Shown: positions 1 through 9,161 of the stretch, in pieces
Layout: the number at the start of each line of letters is the position of its first letter
Position numbering within the stretch: position 1 is the first letter of the stretch
DNA from: a bacterium
GTDB taxonomy: Bacteria; Patescibacteriota; Dojkabacteria; SC72
Direction: 5' to 3'
Length of the DNA: 64,000 nucleotides
NCBI GenBank assembly: GCA_021463465.1
Contig: JAJTYH010000003.1
Span: 351,942-415,941, forward strand
Notes under the pieces: generated by a model
What the model was told of the DNA's origin: nothing
Seen by the model: the letters and a program-made list of their open reading frames with translations, nothing else
Databases searched by the model: none
Program-made: the position numbers and the translations under genes

Positions 1-683
1 TGATTTAAGGGTAAATTCCATATAGGGAATGTTTCATATTTTGCGTATCCCGAACTTAAACCTTTTGTGTATTCTTGATATATCTGTCCTAAGCAGGTAC
101 TCATCTTACCTGAATTGGAAGCCGCACCAGTAACGAGTACCAAATTTTTTGAAACTGGAACGTACTCATCCTGTCCATACCCTTGTAAAGTTAAAACTCT
201 TTCGGATTTAGGGTAACCCGGAATCTTATATCTAAAGTACGCTCTAATACCCAGTTTAGCCATATACTCTTTGTACTCCATTGCGAATGTAAAGTTCTCT
301 TTGTCAATAAGGTTTATAGCTACGAGGATTTCGGATTTGAAGGTCTTTTTAAAGGTTTGGATTAAGTTTACAGTAGAGCGTATGTAGCCTTCGTTAAAAT
401 TGTAAAGTCTCCGGTTATTTTCTATATCGTCAGAGTTTACGCAGAATAGAATCTCCATATCTTTTTCAAATTTCTTGAAGAGCGTGATTTTGGTTTCTGG
501 ATCAAATCCCGGAAGTACGCGTGCGCCATGGGCATCGTAAAGGAACTTACCTCCAACTTCTAGATAAAGTCTGCCTTTGGAAAACTTTTCAACTCTTTTC
601 TGTATCGCTTTACCTTGTAATTCAAGGTACTTTCTTTGGTCAAACCCCACAGTTTTGTATTTAATTATTTCGTTACTATTCAT
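1..683 (-). CDS. DUF1846/UPF0371-family protein, runs off the window start
   Basis: Manual translation from ATG 683: MNSNEIIKYKTVGFDQRKYLELQ...LYLEVGGKFLYDAHGARVLPGFDP...VTGAASNSGKMSTCLGQIY...GYAKYETFPIWNLPL, matching family motifs. Not in the ORF track because it is truncated. Confidence 0.85.
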   Translation of the reverse strand, partial: MNSNEIIKYKTVGFDQRKYLELQGKAIQKRVEKFSKGRLYLEVGGKFLYDAHGARVLPGFDPETKITLFKKFEKDMEILFCVNSDDIENNRRLYNFNEGYIRSTVNLIQTFKKTFKSEILVAINLIDKENFTFAMEYKEYMAKLGIRAYFRYKIPGYPKSERVLTLQGYGQDEYVPVSKNLVLVTGAASNSGKMSTCLGQIYQEYTKGLSSGYAKYETFPIWNLPLN

Positions 684-701
684 CCATACTATCGTATACG
701 A

Positions 702-730
702 AAACAGCCACCCGATAAAGGGGGGCTGTT
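702..730 (-). terminator. Intrinsic terminator after the 752-1468 gene
   Basis: Minus strand AACAGCC-CCCC-tttatc-GGGT-GGCTGTT followed by TT; stem with U-rich tail. Confidence 0.6.
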
Positions 731-751
731 ATACAGGTTAAAAATAAGTTT

Positions 752-1468
752 TTAAGCCTGTGCTCTTTGTGCAGGAGCTCCACTCTTAGGAGTGATTTTA
801 CCCCAAGCTAAATAGCCTATGAATATGTAATTCACAAGCGGAATTAATATGAGCAGACCGAGCATCTTATCAAGACCTCTCTTCTCACTCATCTTCATTG
901 CAGCTAGCACCATCAGTACCAACATATACAAACCATTGACTCCTGGAATTATTATCAACAGTACTGTCCAAGGGTTGATTTCAGCTACTCTGCAAAGGAA
1001 TACTAAGTTTAAGATTGGCACCCATGCCCACCATGAATCTTTGATTCCAATCTTGTTACCTATAACCATAAGTGCCCATGAAGAATATATGTAAAGGATT
1101 AGACCTACAACTACGGCAACCCCGAGTACTGCAAACATGGCACCTCCCCACACAGCAAAAAGGCCAGCAAGAGCTGCTTGCTCGTCTGGGCTGAGGTTCT
1201 CGTAGGAATAATCATAGTTGTAATCGTAATTATCAGAGGCGTCACCAAATGAATCGTAGAGATTCTGATAATAGTCTTGTGGAGTTGCTGTGTCTTCTTG
1301 AGTCTGATAAAGCTGTTCATTTTCAGCCGGGGGGGTAGTATTTTCTTCAGTTTGGTAAAGTCGCTTGTACTCTTCCAGTGTTATTTCTTCAGTCTCGGCT
1401 CTCACTGGCATGAATGAAACGGCCAGTATTGCGAACATAGCGACTGGAATTAGTAATTTTTTAAACAT
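752..1468 (-). CDS. Membrane protein with N-terminal signal, acidic linker and DUF5684-like C-terminal domain
   Basis: Start reassigned to MFKKLLIP (signal peptide ...VRA). C-terminus has WWAWVPILN...PW..LLIIIPGVN...LLILIPLVN...YLAW. Confidence 0.7.
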   Translation of the reverse strand: MFKKLLIPVAMFAILAVSFMPVRAETEEITLEEYKRLYQTEENTTPPAENEQLYQTQEDTATPQDYYQNLYDSFGDASDNYDYNYDYSYENLSPDEQAALAGLFAVWGGAMFAVLGVAVVVGLILYIYSSWALMVIGNKIGIKDSWWAWVPILNLVFLCRVAEINPWTVLLIIIPGVNGLYMLVLMVLAAMKMSEKRGLDKMLGLLILIPLVNYIFIGYLAWGKITPKSGAPAQRAQA

Positions 1469-1564
1469 ATCGCAAAAAGTAAATTTATACCCATAATTAT
1501 TAACGTATTCGTAATGATATTGCAATATATGGAAGGAATTTAAGGTATATGTTAATCTGAATAC

Positions 1565-2155
1565 ATGGATTCCTCTGTTTACACTTTGATTGATGGTAGT
1601 GCGCCTGTATTGCTTTCTGCACCGCATAGCTTTGCGCATAAGAGACCAAGCATGAGGGGAGTATTAAAACACGGAGAGCCAGGTACTGATTATATTGTGA
1701 AAAAAGTCTGCGAGGAGACTGGTGCTTTTGGGGTGTATCTGAATGAACCGTCAGTTGAATTCGACCCTAATTTCAACAAAATTGAGTCAAATGAGTATAA
1801 AGGAGCAATTAAAGACCTTTTTGAAACTAAAAAAATTGAAGCAGTTATTGATTTACATGGGTTAAATGAAAAGATTGAATATGATTTTCAAATCTTTTAT
1901 TGTGTTCGGTTTTCGAGGTCAAGAAAATTAGCTATGCAGTTGATGGGCGAAATGGGCAAGCAAAAAGAACTTAAAGGGTGCTCTTACCATGTCGGATATA
2001 CGCCAAGAAATTCTCAGGAGACCATTACTGAATATGTGTGTGAAGGTCTAAGATATCCTGCGATTCAAGTAGAAATTGCTAGATATATCCGGGAAGACCC
2101 AGTTTTGCTAAGTGCTGTTGTTGCTGGTTTAACTGCTTTTGTGAAGTCAATCTAA
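1565..2155 (+). CDS. N-formylglutamate amidohydrolase-like (M14-fold Zn hydrolase)
   Basis: Motifs VLLSAPHS, E.GT, IDLHG, AIQVEI...IR. Confidence 0.65.
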   Translation: MDSSVYTLIDGSAPVLLSAPHSFAHKRPSMRGVLKHGEPGTDYIVKKVCEETGAFGVYLNEPSVEFDPNFNKIESNEYKGAIKDLFETKKIEAVIDLHGLNEKIEYDFQIFYCVRFSRSRKLAMQLMGEMGKQKELKGCSYHVGYTPRNSQETITEYVCEGLRYPAIQVEIARYIREDPVLLSAVVAGLTAFVKSI

Positions 2156-2243
2156 TTATTTCATTAACAGGGTACTTAGTATACATTGATTATACATACC
2201 CTCTGTGGTATGTTTAATCATCTAAAATTTTTCAAAGTTCAGG

Positions 2244-3269
2244 ATGTCACCTAAAAATATTAATCAAGATAATGAGAAGGCTACCCCTAAAGAAGCTCGT
2301 AGTAAAGCTATTGAACTGGCGATCTCTCAGATTGAAAAACAGTTCGGCCAGGGTTCGATTATGAGATTGGGAAGTAGAGAAAAGATAAACATTGCAGCTA
2401 TACCCACTGGGGCATTGTCGCTTGATATTGCGCTTGGTATAGGAGGAATTCCAAGAGGAAGAATCATTGAGATTTATGGACCCGAATCTTCTGGTAAGAC
2501 TACTCTTGCTCAGCATATTTTAGCTGAAGCTCAAAAACTTGGTGAGAATGTAGCCTTTATCGATGCTGAGCATGCTTTTGATCCTACGTATGCTAAGTCA
2601 ATTGGTGTTGATATTGATAATCTTTTCATATCTCAGCCTGATTTTGGTGAACAAGCATTAGAAATTTTAGAGACATTGGTAAGATCAGCAGGTTTTGGTG
2701 TTATTGTTGTTGACTCAGTTGCTGCACTTACCCCAAGAGCTGAGATAGAAGGGGAAATGGGAGATAGTCATATGGGACTTCAAGCTCGTTTGATGTCGCA
2801 AGCTCTGCGTAAGGTTACTGCTATCGCCAGCAAGACTAATACTACAGTTATATTTCTTAACCAGTTGCGTATGAAGATTGGAATTATGTTTGGTAATCCA
2901 GAGACCACTACTGGTGGAAATGCGTTAAAGTTTTATGCTTCGGTTCGAATGGATATTCGTCAGAAAGAAAAAATTATGAAGGGAGATGAGGTGATTGGCC
3001 ATATTCGTGTCGTTAAGATTGTGAAGAATAAGGTTGCTCCTCCTTTTAGAGAAGCTTCTTTTAGTATCATTTATCCATTTGGAATTGATAAAGAAAGTAG
3101 TATCTTGGATGCCGCTCTCGCCAAAGGAATTCTTACCAAATCAGGGGCTTGGATTAGACATGGTGAAACACAGTTAGCACAAGGTCGTGAGTCTGCGATT
3201 GAGATGTTGAAAAATGACAAGGATTTAGCAAGAAAATTAGAAAAAGAAGTTAGAGCAACGATTAAGTAG
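2244..3269 (+). CDS. recA: Recombinase RecA
   Basis: [48 protein letters not shown]. Confidence 0.99.
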   Translation: MSPKNINQDNEKATPKEARSKAIELAISQIEKQFGQGSIMRLGSREKINIAAIPTGALSLDIALGIGGIPRGRIIEIYGPESSGKTTLAQHILAEAQKLGENVAFIDAEHAFDPTYAKSIGVDIDNLFISQPDFGEQALEILETLVRSAGFGVIVVDSVAALTPRAEIEGEMGDSHMGLQARLMSQALRKVTAIASKTNTTVIFLNQLRMKIGIMFGNPETTTGGNALKFYASVRMDIRQKEKIMKGDEVIGHIRVVKIVKNKVAPPFREASFSIIYPFGIDKESSILDAALAKGILTKSGAWIRHGETQLAQGRESAIEMLKNDKDLARKLEKEVRATIK

Positions 3270-3925
3270 TGAAGATAACTAAAATTGAGTTACAGCAGAA
3301 GAGGCGGAGATTCAATCTCGAAATTGAAGGTAAGTTTGTCTGCTCTGTTTCTGCAACAACACTGACTCATTATAATCTGTATAAGGGTAAAGAGATTACA
3401 GAGGACGAAATTCAACAGATTGTTGATAAGGAGGTTGAAAATCGTTTCTTTGATAGGGCGGTTGCTCTACTTAGCGCACGTCTTAAAAGTCGTTGGCAAG
3501 TCACGCAATATTTGAACACTCTTTTTATTAAGAAGAAAGGGTTATGGTTTGGTAAAGATTTTCCTAATCAAGTAGGTGTAACTGAAAGTGTTTTGTCCAG
3601 ACTTGAAAAATTAGGATTAATAAATGACCATGAGTTTGCCAGAGCATTTGTTGAAGGTAGAATCAGAAGTAGACCCAGAGGAGGCTCGCAAATTATTGCT
3701 GAGCTTCTATCTAAAGGTATATCTAAAGAAATAGCTAAGACTGTTGTGTACGAAATATTGCCAGATAATGATGATATGATATTTAGAGTATTTAGAAAAA
3801 AGTATCCAAATCAAACTCTGGATTTAAAGAATCGTAAACAAATAGATTTTCTTTTAAGAAAAGGATTTGATTGGGATGATATATCTAAACTATCCAAACA
3901 ACTTAAAGATGACTCTCAAGAGTAA
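3269..3925 (+). CDS. recX: RecX regulator
   Basis: Directly follows recA. GLINDHEFA, RPRG..I..EL..KGI, FLLRKGFDWD. Confidence 0.9.
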   Translation: MKITKIELQQKRRRFNLEIEGKFVCSVSATTLTHYNLYKGKEITEDEIQQIVDKEVENRFFDRAVALLSARLKSRWQVTQYLNTLFIKKKGLWFGKDFPNQVGVTESVLSRLEKLGLINDHEFARAFVEGRIRSRPRGGSQIIAELLSKGISKEIAKTVVYEILPDNDDMIFRVFRKKYPNQTLDLKNRKQIDFLLRKGFDWDDISKLSKQLKDDSQE

Positions 3926-5624
3926 TAAAGTATGGAAAGTTGGAGCTGACCTTGATGCTACTAATCATGAAAAGATCATTACTGCATTACTTGAAAGTAG
4001 AGGAATAAAAGGCAAAAAAGCTGTCAATAATTTCTTAGACCCTAGTTTAGATCAAGTACCTGATGCTTCACTTCTTTTTGGTTGTGAGCAAGCAGCACAG
4101 CAAATACTTGAAGCTATTAAATCGTCGAAAAGTGTTTGCATACATGGAGATTTTGATTGTGATGGAGTTTGTGCAACAGCAATACTCTGGGACTTTTTAT
4201 ACAGAGAACTTGCTGATTTCTTGAAGGTTAAAATAAACGTTACTCCATATATTCCAAGTAGGGTAGATGAGGGGTACGGTTTGTCCGAGTCTTCGATTCA
4301 GGCTATGAAATCACAAGGTGCTCAGTTAGTGATAACAGTTGATTGTGGAATTCGAGATAGGAAATTAATTGAAAAACATACCTCAAAGGATTTCACTGTG
4401 ATAGTAACAGACCATCATGAACCTCCAGATGATGTGACAAAATTCGAATCTGTAGTTGTTCACCCGATGTATCCTGGAAGCGAATATCTCTATCCCAAAA
4501 TATGTGGAAGTGCGGTAGCTTTTTTGTTGACTCAATCGATACGTAAGGCTGCGGGTATGGAGTACGAATTGAAAGAGAGTGTAAAAGGTTTGGATTTAGT
4601 AGGTTTAGCTACTGTTACTGACATGATGCCCCTAGTAGAAGTTAACAGAGTTTTTGTTGTTTGGGGATTAAAACAGATGAAGCAAGATACTCGTTTGGGT
4701 TTGGATGCACTTTTAAGGTTGGCAACAGTAGATAAAACTAAATTGGATAGTTATCACTTCGGTTTTGTTATTGGCTCTAAGATCAATGCTGCGGGTAGGA
4801 TAGGGCATGCTATGGATGCCTTGCGCTTACTTTTAGCGCCTAATCCTAAGAGTGCAATGGAATACAGTAGTAATTTGCATAACCTGAATCTTAAAAGGCA
4901 GGTAAGTACAGAGGAAATATTGAAAGAGGTAGAAGGACAACTTAAAGAATTTGAAGATAAAAAGTTGGTATTTTTAACTGGAAAAAACTGGCATGAAGGT
5001 GTTATTGGCCTAGTGGCTGGACGTATTTTTGAGCGTACTGGTAAACCAACGATTGTAGTTACTTTATCGGGTAAGGAAGTTAAAGCTTCTGCCCGTAGCG
5101 GAAGTCAATTAAATATTACACAATTACTCAAGAAGCATTCTAAATATCTTGAGAAATATGGAGGGCATGCACAAGCGGCAGGGATGTCCATTAAACCCGA
5201 ATTACTTGAAGAATTTAAAACTAAACTCACAAAATACTGTGAGTTGAAACTTTCAAAGGATGATTTGAAATCTGAACTTGAAATTGATTTACGCATAGAG
5301 CCCCAAGATATAACTCAAGAGCTTTTTTCCACGCTAGAGAAGTTAAAGCCATATGGATTTGGAAATGCAAAACCAACTATTCTAATAGAAGACTTAAGTA
5401 TTATTGCAAAGCAAATTTTGAGTGGAGGTAAGCATATGAAGCTAAGCGTTGAAAAGGAAGGAAACCAAACTAATCTCTTAATGTTTAACTGTGATGAAGA
5501 TATCCCTTTATTATCCAATAATGACAGAATTTCGGTTGTTGGAAATATCTCATCAAGCGAATGGAACGGTAAAATGAATTTGGAATTTCAAGTCAGAGAG
5601 TATAAGTTGGGGGGTATGCAGTGA
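3909..5624 (+). CDS. recJ: Single-stranded DNA exonuclease RecJ
   Basis: HGDFDCDG, EGYGL, TVDCG, TDHH, INAAGR, GGHAQAAG, PYGFGN. Start taken at ATG 3909. Confidence 0.97.
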   Translation: MTLKSNKVWKVGADLDATNHEKIITALLESRGIKGKKAVNNFLDPSLDQVPDASLLFGCEQAAQQILEAIKSSKSVCIHGDFDCDGVCATAILWDFLYRELADFLKVKINVTPYIPSRVDEGYGLSESSIQAMKSQGAQLVITVDCGIRDRKLIEKHTSKDFTVIVTDHHEPPDDVTKFESVVVHPMYPGSEYLYPKICGSAVAFLLTQSIRKAAGMEYELKESVKGLDLVGLATVTDMMPLVEVNRVFVVWGLKQMKQDTRLGLDALLRLATVDKTKLDSYHFGFVIGSKINAAGRIGHAMDALRLLLAPNPKSAMEYSSNLHNLNLKRQVSTEEILKEVEGQLKEFEDKKLVFLTGKNWHEGVIGLVAGRIFERTGKPTIVVTLSGKEVKASARSGSQLNITQLLKKHSKYLEKYGGHAQAAGMSIKPELLEEFKTKLTKYCELKLSKDDLKSELEIDLRIEPQDITQELFSTLEKLKPYGFGNAKPTILIEDLSIIAKQILSGGKHMKLSVEKEGNQTNLLMFNCDEDIPLLSNNDRISVVGNISSSEWNGKMNLEFQVREYKLGGMQ

Positions 5625-5663
5625 AGCGCTCGATCGAGTTGATCAGAGAATGCTTCACCGCAT

Positions 5664-5754
5664 AAAACCCTTCACAGGTGAGACGGCAATAAACTTCCGT
5701 CAAAAAACTTTCTCCCAGGGCGGGGGAAAGGCGCCACTCTCGCCTGTGAAGGGC
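5664..5754 (-). ncRNA. Candidate ~90-nt structured small RNA (three-way junction)
   Basis: Long closing stem (5668-5683 with 5738-5753), two internal hairpins, minus-strand promoter immediately upstream and a short U-run after the stem. Strand is not certain. Confidence 0.5.
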
Positions 5755-5759
5755 AAGGG

Positions 5760-5788
5760 ACTATAACATTGATTTGATAAGGAATCAA
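5760..5788 (-). promoter_or_regulatory. Sigma70-type promoter for the 5664-5754 element
   Basis: TTGATT-17 nt-TATAGT with extended -10 TG. Confidence 0.6.
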
Positions 5789-5875
5789 GGGCTTTTAGTA
5801 CAATTAAACCGAGAAGTTGTATTAAAATCCAAGACTTTTCTAGTTTAGATCTAGTATTGGAAGTATAGGATTAAC

Positions 5876-6418
5876 CTATTTAGCAAAGTCTACCATCGCC
5901 TCAAATTCCATCCCTTCCGCTCTTTGGGCAAAGGAGTTCATGCTTGAAAGTAGTTTGTCATTTTCTTCAAGATTCAAAAAAGCTTTTAAATCAATCCTTA
6001 GTGTATCTAAATCTATCTTTTGAATCAGATCTGAGTGTCCACCTTTAGCAAAAAGTTTTATTAAGAAATTGGAAAATACTGGATTAGTTTTAGATTCTAG
6101 TGAGTTTATCTTTTCTCTATCAAGCACATTTGTTTCTAAAAGATATTTTCTTAATTTATACACTCCAAAAGCAAGAACCTTGATTGCCTCCATAGGGCCT
6201 ATATGTCCTGGAGAGATTTTCCCGCCAGGCGCAAAATCTCCATTAATCTGATAACTATCACCATTACCCCTAAAATTGACGACTATTCCGGTATTACCAA
6301 CTTCAACTCCTATGTTGGAATCTGTTTTGATTAGAGCAATATCACCATTAATAGTTGCCTTTTGTCTTTTTTGGATTCTAACGAACTCCAAATCTAACTC
6401 TCTTAGATTGTCAACCAT
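5876..6418 (-). CDS. Hypothetical protein
   Basis: ~180-aa ORF with no recognisable motif; start could be TTG 6424. Confidence 0.6.
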   Translation of the reverse strand: MVDNLRELDLEFVRIQKRQKATINGDIALIKTDSNIGVEVGNTGIVVNFRGNGDSYQINGDFAPGGKISPGHIGPMEAIKVLAFGVYKLRKYLLETNVLDREKINSLESKTNPVFSNFLIKLFAKGGHSDLIQKIDLDTLRIDLKAFLNLEENDKLLSSMNSFAQRAEGMEFEAMVDFAK

Positions 6419-6614
6419 GTCCAAAATATATCATATATAACGCCTTTGTATTCTATTTAACTAACCGTTGCACTTCTAATCGGTTTAACATTGATCTGTT
6501 TCGTAATCAATGTTACACAACTATTAGAGAATATATCGTTGCAGACTAGGATTTGGTTGATAAGTTACTTATTTAAGCGTAAAATACAGACTATAAGATA
6601 TAAAGGGTTTTCAA

Positions 6615-7103
6615 ATGACAATTACTGACAGTGGCATGCCTGGTCGTTCGGATTTACTGGGTATTAATAAAGTATTTTTGACTGAACTTATTGAGATGGA
6701 TGTTCGCAATGCCAATTTTAATATTGGAATAAAAGCGATAAACGAGCTTTCGTCATTGTTTTTCAATAAGGATGCCTCTGAATTAGAGTGTGAAATTGAT
6801 GAGGAAGAATCATGTTTACCAGGCTATTGTCTTATATCTATTCGTAGTGTTCCAAAAGGTAGTGATGGAATTACGTACTCAATCAGAGTTAATCAGGGTC
6901 AAGGGGTAAATGTGATAAAGTCGGCAGGGGATGTTTGTGAAACAGTTGTACTGGATTCCGAATCATTAAAAGTTTTGCTAAAAGGTGTGGCATCACAGAT
7001 GTACCAGCTAACCGATTTCAACTATTGGCATAGATTCAGTTATATTCTGGACAAGTTGGCAAAAATAGATTTAAATAGTGAGGGTAGTAATTCACCTATT
7101 TAA
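6615..7103 (+). CDS. Hypothetical protein
   Basis: 162-aa ORF, divergent from the previous orphan; no motif recognised. Confidence 0.6.
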   Translation: MTITDSGMPGRSDLLGINKVFLTELIEMDVRNANFNIGIKAINELSSLFFNKDASELECEIDEEESCLPGYCLISIRSVPKGSDGITYSIRVNQGQGVNVIKSAGDVCETVVLDSESLKVLLKGVASQMYQLTDFNYWHRFSYILDKLAKIDLNSEGSNSPI

Positions 7104-7117
7104 TGATATGATACAGA

Positions 7118-7257
7118 TAAGCGACCAAGGGTAGTGAAAGCTTGGAAAACATATGTGACTCAAACAATTGAAAACCAAGTGGTTGTACGAATGTACAGCA
7201 ACTGGGGTGGCACCGCGATAATAATCGTCCCCTTGTAAGTAGGGGATTTTTTATTTT
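7118..7257 (+). promoter_or_regulatory. Compact T-box riboswitch upstream of aspS
   Basis: AACTGGGGTGGCACCGCG at 7200-7217, antiterminator 3' side CGTCCCC, terminator TCCCCT..AGGGGA followed by T-run; extended -10 TGaTATGAT (hexamer 7107-7112). Confidence 0.85.
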
Positions 7258-7268
7258 AATTTATTTGT

Positions 7269-9161
7269 GTGAAAAACATGGAACGTATATATACAACACA
7301 GACGTTAGAGAAAGTTGGAGAAAACGTTAAGCTGGCTGGTTGGGCTGAAACTGTCCGAAACCACGGCAAAATTGTCTTTATTATGCTTCAAGATATTAAA
7401 AGTGTTATTCAATGTGTCGGTGGCGAAGAGTTGCAGGATGTTTCGGAAGGATATGTTATTGAGATTGAAGGTAAAGTTAAAGAACGTCCTGAAAAAATGG
7501 TAAATAAAGGGATTGAGACAGGTACAGTTGAGGTTGAAGTCACCTCGTGTAAAATTTTAGCCAAAAGCAAAGAATCACCAATTCCACTAAACACAACTGG
7601 TTATGAAATAAACGAGGAAATGCGTCTTAAGTATAGGTACCTCGACCTTAGAAGAAATAGGATGCGGAAGATTATTAAATTGCGCTCTGAATTCGCACAT
7701 GTTGTTAGGAATGAGTTTGTGAAGCATAATTTCATAGAAGTTGAAACTCCTATGTTAGCTAAAGCTACAAAAGAAGGTGCACGCGACTTTATTGTTCCAT
7801 CAAGATACAACCCTGGAAAGTTTTATGCCTTACCTCAAAGTCCACAACAGTATAAGCAGATTCTTATGACAGCTGGTGTTGAGAGATACTTCCAGTTAGC
7901 AAGATGTGTCAGAGATGAAGATCTCCGCTCAGACCGTGGTTATGAATTTACTCAGATCGACTTAGAGATGAGCTTTGTTAATCGAGAAATGGTAATGAAC
8001 ACAACAGAATCAATCATCAAAGCCGCAGTAAATGCTGTTGGAGGAAAGATAAAGGCAGATCCATTCCCTGTAATTGACTACAAGGATGCAATGAAGAAAT
8101 ATGGTGGTGATAAGTTTGACTTAAGGACTGACAAAGAGAAAGAAGAAGGGGTTCTAGCTTTTGCATGGGTAATAAATTTTCCATTTTTTAAGAAGGTAAA
8201 CAAGGAGGACAGTGCAGAGGTTGATGACGGCAAGAGTGGTTGGGTTTTCACGCATAATCCATTCAGTAGACCCACACCAGAATTTGAACAACAGCACTTG
8301 AAGGGCGAAAATCCTGGGGAAATTTTAACTACGCAGTACGACTTGGTTTGTAACGGATACGAAGTAGGTGGAGGTAGTATTAGAGCGCATGAACCAGAGA
8401 TGCTTCGTGCTACTTACGAGATTATGGGTTACAGTGAGCAAGAAATTGAAGATGGTATCGGTCATATGCTTAGAGCTTTCGAACTTGGTACACCACCTCA
8501 CGGAGGTATAGCTTTCGGATTGGACCGTTTGGTTATGTTATTGGCAAACGAAAGTTCGCTTAAAGAGGTAATAGCATTTCCAATGACTTCTAAAGGTTCA
8601 ACTGCAGTTATGGATGCTCCTTCCATTGTCCAGCAAAAAGATTTAGCTGCATTACATTTAGATGTCACTGACAAAGGTGACTGGGCGGTTAAAAGTATTA
8701 AAGCAAAGTTGGACAATTTGGAAATTAAGTATGACTATTTGGAGCATGCGGAAGTTAGAACTTCAGAAGAAGCTGCAAAGGTTAGAAATGTTCCTTTAGA
8801 ATACGGTGCAAAAGCTATGGTTTTAGCTTCAAAGGAGTATGAGAATAAGCTTGCAATGGTGGTTATACCTGGTGACAAACTATTGGATTTAGAGAAGGTT
8901 AAAAAGGCTTTGGGTGAAGAGTTTGATGTAGCGCCAAAAGAGTTAGTTGAAAAGCGAACTGGAATTAAAATGGGTGGAGTTCCACCATTCGGTAGACTGT
9001 TTGGGATTGAAGTTTACATGGATGGAAGCTTTTGGAGCAAAGAGAAATCAGCCTTCAATTGTGGAAGACGTGATGCTTCAATTATAATGAACGCTAATGA
9101 CCTTATTAAAGCCGTACAACCCAACAAGATTTCGGAAGGCTCAAGCTTCACCAAAGAATAA
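7269..9161 (+). CDS. aspS: Aspartyl-tRNA synthetase (short, GAD insertion largely absent) fused to a C-terminal YbaK/ProXp-type domain
   Basis: RLKYRYLDLR, EGARDF, LPQSPQ, RDEDLRSDR..EFTQ.D.E, PPHGG.A.GLDR; then EHAEVRTSEEAA...AKAMV...GGVPPFG...AFNCG. Confidence 0.95.
   Translation: MKNMERIYTTQTLEKVGENVKLAGWAETVRNHGKIVFIMLQDIKSVIQCVGGEELQDVSEGYVIEIEGKVKERPEKMVNKGIETGTVEVEVTSCKILAKSKESPIPLNTTGYEINEEMRLKYRYLDLRRNRMRKIIKLRSEFAHVVRNEFVKHNFIEVETPMLAKATKEGARDFIVPSRYNPGKFYALPQSPQQYKQILMTAGVERYFQLARCVRDEDLRSDRGYEFTQIDLEMSFVNREMVMNTTESIIKAAVNAVGGKIKADPFPVIDYKDAMKKYGGDKFDLRTDKEKEEGVLAFAWVINFPFFKKVNKEDSAEVDDGKSGWVFTHNPFSRPTPEFEQQHLKGENPGEILTTQYDLVCNGYEVGGGSIRAHEPEMLRATYEIMGYSEQEIEDGIGHMLRAFELGTPPHGGIAFGLDRLVMLLANESSLKEVIAFPMTSKGSTAVMDAPSIVQQKDLAALHLDVTDKGDWAVKSIKAKLDNLEIKYDYLEHAEVRTSEEAAKVRNVPLEYGAKAMVLASKEYENKLAMVVIPGDKLLDLEKVKKALGEEFDVAPKELVEKRTGIKMGGVPPFGRLFGIEVYMDGSFWSKEKSAFNCGRRDASIIMNANDLIKAVQPNKISEGSSFTKE

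Noticed and set aside
1260-1365. Short repeated LYQT(E/Q)E peptide units in the 752-1468 protein
   Set aside because: Two degenerate copies in a low-complexity linker; not an array.
1469-1639. N-terminal extension of the 752-1639 ORF
   Set aside because: The signal peptide begins at ATG 1468; the extension overlaps the divergent gene and promoter region.
5668-5754. tRNA, SRP RNA or simple terminator reading of the structured element
   Set aside because: No TTCRA T-loop or 7-nt anticodon loop, no SRP domain IV motif, and it is multibranched.
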